DNA of 53,355 nucleotides from a virus (taxonomy: Duplodnaviria; Caudoviricetes): positions 1-53,355 of the IMG/VR virus record IMGVR_UViG_3300044858_000223; one strand, 5' to 3'. Shown piece by piece: positions 8,969 to 18,800 of this stretch. The stretch's first letter is position 1. Each line of letters opens with the position of its first letter. Made by a program: the position numbers and the translations under genes. The notes under the pieces were generated by a model. The model did no database searches. It saw only the letters and a list, made by a program, of their open reading frames with translations, and was not told the DNA's origin.

Positions 8969-9250
8969 ATGCCGTACGTGAATAAACCCAGACCGTACAA
9001 GCACGAATATCAGATGCAGAAGAAGCGCGAGGAGCATCCTGATCGCATGGAGCGCCAACGTGCGCGTCGCAAGGTAGACAAGACCGGCGCGGATAAGAAC
9101 GGTAACGGTAAGGCTGATCGTCGTGAAGGCAAAGACATTGCCCACAAGAAAGCGTTATCGAAAGGTGGAACCAACAAAGATGGTTACACAATCCAGTCTG
9201 TAAAAAGGAATCGGTCGTTCCGTCGTAACCCAGACGGTTCGATCAAGTAA
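8969..9250 (+). CDS. small basic HNH-like protein, possibly catalytically degenerate
   Basis: Arg-rich helix RMERQRARRKV followed by GKDIAHKKALSKGGTN...NRS. Confidence 0.75.
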   Translation: MPYVNKPRPYKHEYQMQKKREEHPDRMERQRARRKVDKTGADKNGNGKADRREGKDIAHKKALSKGGTNKDGYTIQSVKRNRSFRRNPDGSIK

Positions 9251-9254
9251 CTCC

Positions 9255-9425
9255 ATAAGGCGTGAGTGTGAGAGTAAGGGTGATAAATCAGGCCCTGCGG
9301 CGGGGACTACCCATCCATGACAACCGCAAACCACGTCAGTTAACGGCAAGCCCAAGCGTATGGATCACACTTCGTACAGCCTCCACCTTGAGCGTTAACC
9401 GTCTGGCCCACGTGACGGGCTTTTT
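9255..9425 (+). ncRNA. candidate structured RNA (multi-helix, pseudoknot, terminator-like 3' end)
   Basis: Pairings read by eye: 9259-64/9332-37, 9277-80/9293-96, 9297-9300/9324-27, 9339-45/9393-99, 9347-50/9387-90, 9358-62/9373-77, loop 9365-70 with 9266-71, 9406-09/9417-20 followed by T5. Confidence 0.55.
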
Positions 9426-9434
9426 GGAGTAAGC

Positions 9435-9605
9435 ATGATTGATGCAGTTTTTTACTGGTGCGTTGACTTCCTAGAGTACTGGGCCGCCCAGCTTGGGATG
9501 ACCTATGAGGAGATCAATGTATACCTCTTCGTCGTTCTTACTCCGGCTATCATAGTCATTCAGTCTTTCCTGATCGCAGCGTTGCTGCTACGTAAATCCA
9601 AGTAG
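9435..9605 (+). CDS. 56 aa membrane protein (below the ORF-track cutoff)
   Basis: GGAG SD at 9426; MIDAVFYWCVDFLEYWAAQLGMTYEEINVYLFVVLTPAIIVIQSFLIAALLLRKSK. Confidence 0.8.
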   Translation: MIDAVFYWCVDFLEYWAAQLGMTYEEINVYLFVVLTPAIIVIQSFLIAALLLRKSK

Positions 9606-9613
9606 GTTTAGTT

Positions 9614-11209
9614 ATGCAGATAGTCGAAGACACAGCGTTAAAGTTCAGTATTCCTGCAAAATTAGCAGACACGATCTACCAGAGCGTTGAGAAGTGCGAA
9701 GTCACAAACGTCTGGGCAGATGCTAAAGAATTGATCCTGTACTGGGGACTTAACGAGGCGCGAATCGCTGCCACCATACTTGATGAGATGCAGCCTAACG
9801 TGACGCTGCCCAAGATCCCATCGCCCATCTTGAAGGACTACGACTGGCCGGGAATCTACAAACCGTTTGAACATCAACGGGATACGGCGTCGTTTTTGTC
9901 ACTACGCCAACGTGCGTTCTGCTTCAACGAGGCAGGGACAGGCAAGACCTCGGCTGCAATCTGGGCGGCTGATTACTTGATGAAGCAGGGACTAATTAAG
10001 AAGGTGCTAGTTATTTGTCCTTTGTCGATCATGTATTCGGCATGGCAAGCAGACATCTTCAGAACTGCAATTCACAGAACGTGCGGTGTCGCACATGGCT
10101 CTGCGTCAAAGCGTAAGAAAGTATTAAGCGAGAACTACGATTTTACGATCATCAACTACGACGGCACAGGCGTGGTTCTGCCAGAACTTCAACAAGCGAA
10201 GTTTGACTTGATCATTGTTGACGAGGCTAACGCATACAAGACCGTCAACACGAAGCGTTGGAAGAACCTTGCTAAGATGATTGAGCCAACCACGTGGCTC
10301 TGGATGATGACTGGCACACCGGCATCGCAGTCACCGTTGGATGCGTTTGGTCTGGCTAAGTTGGTTAGTCCGGGACGAGTTCCGAAGTTTACGACTGCTT
10401 GGCGCGACAAGGTCATGTATCCGGTGAGCCGATTTAAGTGGCTTCCAAAATACACTTATAAGGAAGATGTGTTCTACGCGCTACAACCTGCGGTTAGATA
10501 CACAAAGAAAGAATGTCTGGATCTGCCAGAACTTACTTATCAGACACGTATCGTGCCGCTCACTCCGCAAGTTGCTAAGTATTACAACGAGTTAAAGAAA
10601 CAACTGCTAATAGAAGCAGCCGGAGCGCAGATCTCTGCTGTCAACGCAGCGGCGTCGTTACAGAAACTATTACAGATCAGCGGCGGTGCGGTGTATACGG
10701 ACAAGCAGCAGGTAGTGGAGTTCGACATCAAGCCGCGCTTAAACGCCTTGCAAGAAGTTCTAGATGAAACTACAAATAAGGTTGTAGTATTCGTTCCGTA
10801 CCTGCATACTATCGACGTTCTCACGAAGTTCCTCGACAAGGAAGGCGTGACGAATGCAGTGATTCAAGGCTCGGTTGGCGCGAAGGAACGATCAACAATT
10901 ATTGATCAGTTCCAGAAACTACCTGATCCAAGAGTGTTAGTGATTCAGCCACAGTCTGCGGCACACGGTATTACTTTGACCGCTGCCGATACGATTGTGT
11001 TCTGGTCGCCTGTGATGAGTGTTGAGACATATTTGCAGTGTATTGGACGCATCGAACGTGTAGGCCAGAAGAACGCTATGACGGTGGTTCACCTTCAAGG
11101 TTCTGAGGTTGAGAAGAAGATGTATACGATGCTGCAAGGAAAGGTAGACAGTCATCAAAGGATAGTAGATCTGTACAAACAAGAGTTGGATGAAGTGGAG
11201 GTACAGTGA
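9614..11209 (+). CDS. SNF2-like superfamily 2 helicase
   Basis: Walker A NEAGTGKT, IVDEA, MTGTP, HGITLTAA, motif VI QCIGRIERVGQ. Confidence 0.95.
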   Translation: MQIVEDTALKFSIPAKLADTIYQSVEKCEVTNVWADAKELILYWGLNEARIAATILDEMQPNVTLPKIPSPILKDYDWPGIYKPFEHQRDTASFLSLRQRAFCFNEAGTGKTSAAIWAADYLMKQGLIKKVLVICPLSIMYSAWQADIFRTAIHRTCGVAHGSASKRKKVLSENYDFTIINYDGTGVVLPELQQAKFDLIIVDEANAYKTVNTKRWKNLAKMIEPTTWLWMMTGTPASQSPLDAFGLAKLVSPGRVPKFTTAWRDKVMYPVSRFKWLPKYTYKEDVFYALQPAVRYTKKECLDLPELTYQTRIVPLTPQVAKYYNELKKQLLIEAAGAQISAVNAAASLQKLLQISGGAVYTDKQQVVEFDIKPRLNALQEVLDETTNKVVVFVPYLHTIDVLTKFLDKEGVTNAVIQGSVGAKERSTIIDQFQKLPDPRVLVIQPQSAAHGITLTAADTIVFWSPVMSVETYLQCIGRIERVGQKNAMTVVHLQGSEVEKKMYTMLQGKVDSHQRIVDLYKQELDEVEVQ

Positions 11210-11604
11210 ATACAGAAGAGTTAGTCGAAGCGTATATCAATCTACGTAACGCACGTGAGAAGTTGCTTACGCAGTACGAAGCGGAAGATAAGAAGTTGCA
11301 GGATGAAATGGCTTTGTTAGAAAAGTCATTGCTTGATATCTGCAACACAGTTAACGCTGACAGTATCAAGACCGCGCATGGCACAGTCATGCGTAAATTG
11401 AACGAGCGTTTCTTCTGCCAAGACTGGGACAACTTCTACAAGTATGTTCTAGATAATGAAGCAGTTCAGTTGTTAGAGCGCCGCATTCACCAATCAAATT
11501 TCAGAGAACACTTGAAAGAGATTGAAGGCGATGGTCTCCCGCCGGGGGTCAACGTGATGCGGGAGTATGGTGTATCAGTACGTAAAGCAACCAGTAGGGA
11601 GTAA
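11206..11604 (+). CDS. conserved phage replication-module protein (coiled coil)
   Basis: LVEAYINLR...SIKTAHGTV...DWDNFY..V...LLERRI...PPGVN. Confidence 0.85.
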   Translation: MNTEELVEAYINLRNAREKLLTQYEAEDKKLQDEMALLEKSLLDICNTVNADSIKTAHGTVMRKLNERFFCQDWDNFYKYVLDNEAVQLLERRIHQSNFREHLKEIEGDGLPPGVNVMREYGVSVRKATSRE

Positions 11605-11607
11605 CCC

Positions 11608-12462
11608 ATGAGTAACGATATTATTGCTAGTCTGAAAAGCGAACTTGCGACCATCCCGCGAGGTGTTGATGACGACACCCGTGCAGTAGCAGGGTCAGGT
11701 GGTAACTTCGCCAAGCGCATCTCCATCAAGGGCGGCGTGTTTCGCAAGATGGCAGGTGGTAAAGAAATCGGTGCTATTGAAGATCGGCACATGAACGTGA
11801 TCTTTGTTCGTATGGCTCACACGGCGAGCCGTCAGTATTACTCTGGCGCGTACAAGGAAGGCGAGAAGATCGCCCCTGCCTGTTGGTCAACGGACTCCAA
11901 GGTTCCTGACAAGGAAGTTAAATCCCCACAAGCCGAGGCTTGCGACAAGTGTCCGTGGTCTGTGAAAGGCTCCGGTCAGGGTGGCAGCGGCACTGCCTGC
12001 CGTCTGTCGTGGCGTACTGCTGTTGTTCTTCCGAACGATCCGAGTGGCGATGTCATGCAGTTGGTTCTGCCTGCTACGTCGTGCTTTGGTAAGGAAGACG
12101 GTGGCAAGTGGCCGTTCCGTCCGTACATCCAGAAACTCGCTGACAACGACATCAGCGCGGGTCGCGTTGTGACCAAGATGCAGTTCGACACCAAGTCGCC
12201 TGTACCGAAGTTGCTGTTCTCGCCTGTTGGTGTTGTACCTGAAGCCGACATCGACACGATCATGAAGCAGCGTGAATCTGCGGCAGCAGAAACCGCTATC
12301 AAACTGAGCGTGTTCCAGACGGATGAAGGTCAGGTTAACGGCCCGATTCTTACTGGCCCCGCTGCTCTTGAAGAGCCGAAGTTGCGTGAATCGAAGAAGG
12401 CGAGCGATGCCGCCCCTGCCGGTGACGTGACTGACGTTGTCAAGAAGTGGGCGAAGAAGTAA
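11608..12462 (+). CDS. putative single-stranded DNA-binding protein
   Basis: KRISIKGGVFR, CWS...CDKCPW...ACR cluster, flexible acidic tail ending in W; sits between helicase and primase. Confidence 0.65.
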   Translation: MSNDIIASLKSELATIPRGVDDDTRAVAGSGGNFAKRISIKGGVFRKMAGGKEIGAIEDRHMNVIFVRMAHTASRQYYSGAYKEGEKIAPACWSTDSKVPDKEVKSPQAEACDKCPWSVKGSGQGGSGTACRLSWRTAVVLPNDPSGDVMQLVLPATSCFGKEDGGKWPFRPYIQKLADNDISAGRVVTKMQFDTKSPVPKLLFSPVGVVPEADIDTIMKQRESAAAETAIKLSVFQTDEGQVNGPILTGPAALEEPKLRESKKASDAAPAGDVTDVVKKWAKK

Positions 12463-12471
12463 GGAGTCGTT

Positions 12472-12780
12472 ATGCGGTCTTACGGTCAGAAGTTTCTTCT
12501 GGAACTTAGAGACGCTGATCCTACGCGCTTGGGCGTTCAACTGGGTAGGTTGTGTGTCGATGCCAACCTCCCGGCTTTGTACGTTGCCAAGGTACTGAAG
12601 GTATCGAAGACAACTGTTTACGAATGGTTTCGTGGGCAGTACATCCGAGAGTCCAACCGTAGGACTGTGGAAGCGTTCATCAATCTCGTCGGTAAGGACA
12701 TGGAGGCAGGTACTCTCCCTGCCAAAAGTGCTATTGATGCGAGGATGTACCTCTCAAGCATGGTAGGAGAATCGATTTGA
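12472..12780 (+). CDS. Cro/XRE-like HTH protein
   Basis: ALYVAKVLKVSKTTVYEWFRG; AAGGAG SD. Confidence 0.8.
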   Translation: MRSYGQKFLLELRDADPTRLGVQLGRLCVDANLPALYVAKVLKVSKTTVYEWFRGQYIRESNRRTVEAFINLVGKDMEAGTLPAKSAIDARMYLSSMVGESI

Positions 12781-12804
12781 TCTAACGGTCTCGATTCTTT
12801 GTTT

Positions 12805-12833
12805 GGCGGGGTGGCCGTCGCCCCGCCTTTTTT
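12805..12833 (+). terminator. Rho-independent terminator
   Basis: GGCGGGGTGG-ccg-TCGCCCCGCC followed by TTTTTT. Confidence 0.85.
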
Positions 12834-12847
12834 ATCTGTAGGCGCGT

Positions 12848-15697
12848 ATGCGAAAAGAATTTTACGAGAAAGCATTACCGTCGCAGGGTTTGTACTGTGC
12901 AGCCGGGATCGACCGTGACGGTCGAACCTACCATCGGTTTGCAGAGTCGCTCAGCGAACTGGAAAACTTTGTTAACGAACTGCAAGAAGGTGAACTAAAT
13001 GTATTTGTAGCACTGCACACGTTTAGCCAGCGTAGCCGGAAAGCCGAGTGCGCTGAGTATTGCAGAACCTTCTTTATTGATCTGGACGTTGATCCAGAGA
13101 ACCCGAAGAAGTACGCCAGCAAGGACGAGGCGCTCTCTGCAATAGAAGACTTCTTAAAGGTAACTGAACTGCCTCCACCAGTCCGTGTAGATTCGGGCGG
13201 TGGTGTTCATGCCTATTGGATTCTGGATCAAGACGTACCGAGTGCGGAGTGGAAAACCTACGCATCTAAATTCAAAAAGTTATGTCTTGATCACTTGAAG
13301 ATTGATCCTGCGGTAACGGCAGACTCTGCCCGTATCTTGCGTTGCCCAGACAGCCTTAACTACAAGCGTAATCCCCCTACGCCGACCAAACTTCTGGACA
13401 CGGATTTCCAAGAATGGTCGTACGAAGAATTTAAGAATTACCTTGGACACACCAAGGATGACGTTGAACTAACTATTTTCGACACGCTGCCCAAGGGCTT
13501 GGACGAGGATACCCGCAAGATTGCGCGGCTTGATAACTACGAGACTTCATTCCAAGACATCGCTGAGAAGAGCATTACCGATAACGGCTGTGCCCAGATC
13601 AAGCACATCTTGATTAATGCAGCGACCTTGGAAGAACCCATGTGGTACGCAGGGCTGTCGATTGCACGGCACTGTACCGATTGGGAAACCGCCATCCACC
13701 TGATGTCCGAAGATCACCCGGAGTACAACCATGAAACAACTATTAGAAAGGCTAATCAAGCGTTTGGTAAACCGTTTTCGTGCGACAAGTTCAACGACCT
13801 CAACCCCGGCGGATGCGATGGATGCCCATTCAAAGGACGGATCACGAACCCCCTTGGTCTTGGAAGACGACTCATTGAAGCCCCGACAACCGAAACGATT
13901 AGTGAAGAGGACACAATTCGGGTCGAAACGAATCCCCAAGAAGTTCCGGTCTTTCCCGCATTCCTCAAGCCGTTTGTCCGAGGACAGAACGGAGGAATCT
14001 ACTACCTCCCCCCGCCAGAAATAGATGAGGACGGGCAGAAGGTACAGTCGCCTCCCGTAATGCTTTCGATGTGCGACTTCTTCCCGATTAAGCGCAAGTA
14101 CAGTCCGGGGGCGGGTGAGATATACGTTATACGTGCGGTCATGCCGCATGAAATCCGTGAGTTCGATATGTCGATGGAGGCATTCAACTCACTCGACGCA
14201 TTTAAAAAGGTTCTGGGTAAGGAGGGTATCGCCCCGCCGAACCAGAAACTATGGCCGATGTTGGTGGACTATATGACTAAATGGGCACATTACTTACAGT
14301 CACAGTCTGCTGCTGACTTGATCCGTGGGCAAATGGGTTGGTCTGAGGATAACTCTGCATTCGTCATTGGCTCTGTTGAGTACGACAGGAACGGTATTGA
14401 ACGTAAGTCTGCTACGTCTCCCTTGGTGCGCGGCGTTGCCAAGATGATGGAGCCGCGAGGCAGTTACGAGAAGTGGAAGGAGTGCGCGAACGCTCTTAAC
14501 CGGCCTGAGTTTGAGATGCACGCCTTCGCTGTAGGCATGGCGTTTGGCTCTCCGTTAATGCGGTTCTGCAAGACGAAGGGCATGACGTTCTGCTTTACGG
14601 GTAACACCGGTAGCGCGAAGACAGGCGCGTTGATTGCAGCGGTCAGCGTGTTTGCCTCGCCTATGGACGCAAGCGTGTTCAAGGCCACTGACAACGGCTT
14701 TGTCATGCGTTCCCTTAACTTTAAGAACATCCTGCTAGGCATCGACGAAGTTAAGGATAAAGATCCGAAAGAGTTATCTAACCTTATTCACACCATTTCC
14801 CAAGGCAAGGGAAAGGTACGTATGCAGGCAAGCGTCAATGCAGAACGTGAGCAAGAACTATCGGCAGCACAGATATCTTTATGGACGTCAAACGAATCAA
14901 TGGTTGATAAGTTATACGCAGCAAAGCGAAACCCAACCGGTGAGATGGCTCGTTACATGGAGTACCGGATACCAAGACCGGCCTACTTGGAAGAGAACCC
15001 GAGTTGGGGTGAGCAAGTGTTCGACCCATTTAATAGTAACTACGGATGGGCAGGGCGAGATTTTGCCAAGAATCTGATAGTTACGCCCGATGCAGATATT
15101 GAGTTCCTGATAAAAAAGTGGCGTGAGCGTATCTTTAATTCTAAGTTTGGTAGGAACATTACGTTCCGCTTCTTCGAGAACGCTACCGCTGCCACCTTCG
15201 CAGCACTAGAGTTGGCACGTAACTTTGATATTGTAGAGTACGATCTAGACCGTGTGTTTGATGAAGTCATGCTTCGGTCGATCATGATCCGTGATAAGAC
15301 TGTCAAAGAGCAGTTCGTAGACTACGAGGGTTTGGTAACCGAGTTCTTCAACGAGTACCATCGTGGCATTTTGATCTTCAATGGTGGCGTGAGCACCACG
15401 GAAATTTACGGCCCGTTGAAGGGACGACTTGAGTTGGATACTGGACACTTCTTTATCCCCAAGCAGAGTTTTGATGACTTCTTGATTCAAACCTGCAAGG
15501 TAAGCACCGCTGAGATGCAACAGGTTCTAACTAAAAAGGGTATCTTCCTTGGCATTGAAGAGAAGAAACGTCTGTCTACGGGATGGAAGGGCGGCACTCT
15601 CAATGGCATTAAGTGCTACTCATTTAAGATAGATACATCTAAAGAGCAGATGGAGAAACTGATTGCAGAATCAAAATCAAAGTCTCACGGAGCCTGA
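12848..15697 (+). CDS. primase-helicase (AEP/RepB-type primase, DUF927-like region, P-loop domain)
   Basis: FFIDLDVD, DSGGGVHAYW, RILRCP, SCDKF...CDGCP, Walker A-like GNTGSAKT, GIDE. Confidence 0.9.
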   Translation: MRKEFYEKALPSQGLYCAAGIDRDGRTYHRFAESLSELENFVNELQEGELNVFVALHTFSQRSRKAECAEYCRTFFIDLDVDPENPKKYASKDEALSAIEDFLKVTELPPPVRVDSGGGVHAYWILDQDVPSAEWKTYASKFKKLCLDHLKIDPAVTADSARILRCPDSLNYKRNPPTPTKLLDTDFQEWSYEEFKNYLGHTKDDVELTIFDTLPKGLDEDTRKIARLDNYETSFQDIAEKSITDNGCAQIKHILINAATLEEPMWYAGLSIARHCTDWETAIHLMSEDHPEYNHETTIRKANQAFGKPFSCDKFNDLNPGGCDGCPFKGRITNPLGLGRRLIEAPTTETISEEDTIRVETNPQEVPVFPAFLKPFVRGQNGGIYYLPPPEIDEDGQKVQSPPVMLSMCDFFPIKRKYSPGAGEIYVIRAVMPHEIREFDMSMEAFNSLDAFKKVLGKEGIAPPNQKLWPMLVDYMTKWAHYLQSQSAADLIRGQMGWSEDNSAFVIGSVEYDRNGIERKSATSPLVRGVAKMMEPRGSYEKWKECANALNRPEFEMHAFAVGMAFGSPLMRFCKTKGMTFCFTGNTGSAKTGALIAAVSVFASPMDASVFKATDNGFVMRSLNFKNILLGIDEVKDKDPKELSNLIHTISQGKGKVRMQASVNAEREQELSAAQISLWTSNESMVDKLYAAKRNPTGEMARYMEYRIPRPAYLEENPSWGEQVFDPFNSNYGWAGRDFAKNLIVTPDADIEFLIKKWRERIFNSKFGRNITFRFFENATAATFAALELARNFDIVEYDLDRVFDEVMLRSIMIRDKTVKEQFVDYEGLVTEFFNEYHRGILIFNGGVSTTEIYGPLKGRLELDTGHFFIPKQSFDDFLIQTCKVSTAEMQQVLTKKGIFLGIEEKKRLSTGWKGGTLNGIKCYSFKIDTSKEQMEKLIAESKSKSHGA

Positions 15698-15875
15698 ATG
15701 GATCTTTCCATTTCAAGGCATGGAGGTTGGAGACTCGTTCTTCATCCCCACAGTTAGACCTGCGGCTTTGATTTACATCGTCGACTCTCGCGCCAAGGTT
15801 TATGGTATCAAGGTGAAAGCCTTTACCATGTCCAAGGAAGGACACCTTGGCGTGAGGGTTTGGCGCGTAGCCTAG
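15663..15875 (+). CDS. small conserved phage protein, possibly DNA-binding
   Basis: WIFPFQGMEVGDSFFIP...GVRVWRV family motif. Confidence 0.75.
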   Translation: MQNQNQSLTEPEWIFPFQGMEVGDSFFIPTVRPAALIYIVDSRAKVYGIKVKAFTMSKEGHLGVRVWRVA

Positions 15876-18800
15876 AAGAAAGCGTCCTCGTCTTCTGCGT
15901 TGAGGTCTGTTACATACTCAGACGTTGCGATACGCAGATTTCTTGGCTGATACACGCCCATGATGGCTTCTCTGGCCCTGCGTTCACGTTCTTTGTACGA
16001 CTTGCTAATAGTATCGCCCGTGATTCTGTAAGACGGATTGGATTCGTTAAACTTCCGAATATCTTCAAACGCCTTTTCCATTGCTTCCGGGTTGTCTGCC
16101 TTTCGTGCAGCGTAGAGGTTGGTCAAAAGGGCGACACGACGATTCTTCAACTTCTCACTAACCTGATAGGTCGCACCTCTCTGCGCCTGCGCTACCGCCA
16201 AATCTGCCGGGGCGAAACCCAACACCTGCATCATTGAGTTATACGCATTGACATCCTCGACGATGGGCAACCCGTCTCTTGTCAAAGCACCTTCCGTGGC
16301 AAATCTAAATCCTTTAGCCATGTTACGAATTGGACCGGGCGTGAAAGACTCGAAAGCACGATCAAGATTTCCTTCAGACAAATCTTTAAATCCACGACGC
16401 GCTGATTCAACCAATCCGTAAGTCGGTCCCGCCAAACGCTCTAGGACGTACACGGGCAATCCTACTTCTGCCAATCTCTTTGGATCATCTCGCCACAGAA
16501 GACCGTTGAAACCAGTTCTAGAAGCAATATCCACGTTCAACAACTCGTTAACGGGGCCGTTCAATCCCAACGTGCCTACTGAATCCAACACCATTTGTTC
16601 AAGATCATACGGTTCGTCGTCATCGCCCATTATGAGAGATGCAAGTACTTCGGCAGCGCCAAAGAGGGGCAGACCCTTGATGCCTGCCAACATATACGTA
16701 GAGCCAAAGATGTACAGCAGTTTTTTCTGCGCTAAAGACTTTAGTAACTTTTTCTCCGCCACGTTTGCATTAAATTGAGCAATTTGCGCTGGAGTTGAAC
16801 CTGCCGGAGGAGTTGAATTTATTCTTTCAATAGCCTGATTGAACGAGAAGGCAAGGTTCAAGATCATGTTCAGAGCATGGGTTCTGAACGTAAGAGCGAT
16901 ACGGCCAATGTCCGTCTGGTACAACCGGCTGTTCGTCTCAGGCGTGGTGGCTCCGTTGATATCGTAATTAAGACGAATCGCCTCTTCCGATGCCTTGCCT
17001 GCGCTTACACCCTGCCTGTTTGGATCAAACGCCTGTCCATTCACGTCAATGTTACGAGCCAGCATATAAGCAGCAAGTGCTGACACTTCACGGTTCATAC
17101 GCTCAGAACTACGGAACACGTAACTCATCGCCAAGTTCACCTTGGCACTTAATCCCTCGTAACCCCGAACATTAATGTTTTCCGCTTGAATTAGTTCTTG
17201 TTCAGCAGCAGTTCCTACCACAGATCTAGCCAACAACGTGCGGTAGAAGCGATTAAATTCTTGCCCGTGCGCCGTCTGCGCGTAAGCAGCAGGCATATTG
17301 TTCCCGCCAAACGAGGCTGGCATATCGGCCAAACGCTTGTAATCGAAGCTCAGCCTACCGGTCTGCGGATCGCGGTACGAGTGCTTGAAGAACAACTGAA
17401 TTGCCTGCCCCACGGCACGCGAAGCATTAACAACGCCATATTTAGCAGCGAGCGCAGGCCAAGCCATCATCGGAAGGATAGTCGTATTGATCATGGCTGA
17501 AGAGATGTTCAGCGCAATACTGTAGAGATAATTTATTTTACCAATGGTGTAAACATACGGTGAGTATTGCTGCAACGTCTTGGCAAACGTAATTCTAGAA
17601 TCTAAATCGTTTTCTAATGAATCAATGTAAGAATCATCCAGATCCGGCAGCCCTACATAGGCAGGTGCGCCCTTGTTATTGCGATATGTGGTCAACTGCT
17701 CCTTGATCAATTTCCTGACCTTCTCAAAGGGCATCGTGTACTTGAGATTGTTGATTTGATAAATGATGCTAGGAATACGTTTCTCGTACGCAGCTATAAC
17801 ATCTTCTTCAAAACCAAGGCGTCCGTAGTACATCGCGCCATTAAGCGTAAAAGTTTTACGCGAGCTTATCTCTTGGCGTAGATCATTACCGTAAGCACCC
17901 GGCATGAACTCAATGAACGTATCAAACACCGTTCTTTCAGCGTTTACGATATCAGCATCGGCAACATTTGCCCTTGTCAGGGAATCTCTCACATTCTCAA
18001 GAAGTTCTTTGAGCAGTCCCGGCGGTAGTGAAGAAATACCGTTGTAGTCTCTTTGTTTTACTATGGTATTTCTGTTAGTAAGAACAGTCATGCCTTGAGC
18101 ACGCACCTGCTGCTCTGCATAGTCTCGTCCGGCTTTACTATCAAAAAACTTAACAACTTCGACATTGTTATTGTCTTCATAGTCGAGCCTATATAACCCT
18201 TCACGAGGCAACGGTAAGTAGAACTTCAATCGGTTGTTCTGGAAGTTGGCCTTAATGCCTGCAATGACATTGGCAGGAAGTTTGTTCATCAACTGCGTCA
18301 ATTTGATCTTGAACGCATTTTCACTGTAATTCCTGTAATCGGTGTATATATCAGCAATTAACTGCTGAACATCAGTCGGCAGCGCGTAGAACCGATTGAC
18401 TGCTTCGTGCAGAACTTTCTCATCAGGCGTCAGGGCGCTATATGCCGCGCTATTAGCAGGGATATTACGCATCCGCTGCGAGGCTACGTTCGGGACGAAA
18501 CGCACAAAGTCGCCGTTGGCGTTTACCTGTTCCTCAAGCACAGGAGCCTGAGAAAGGTTAATCAAGTGCGCGACCTTGTTGAACTCATCTACGAACTGAC
18601 TGTTGTTACGCAGGACTCCTCGGTACTTACTTGCCTGCTTGGTGAACTCCACCATCTCTTTCGTAGAGTCGTAGGCTTTTCTCTCTACCAAGTTGTTCAA
18701 AGCGCGGAATGCAGGTGCGTATTTCTCAAATAATTGCATCATGTGATGCAACGAAAAAGTTTGTAGCTTTGCGTTACGCAATGAGTTAGGCACATTACTA

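Noticed and set aside
9339-9399. UAAC...CCCAAGC resembling a twister ribozyme
   Set aside because: The downstream GAGGG-type partner and twister pairings are missing
15048-15055. GGGCAGGG KOPS-like octamer
   Set aside because: A single copy noticed, which is expected by chance; no polarised array seen
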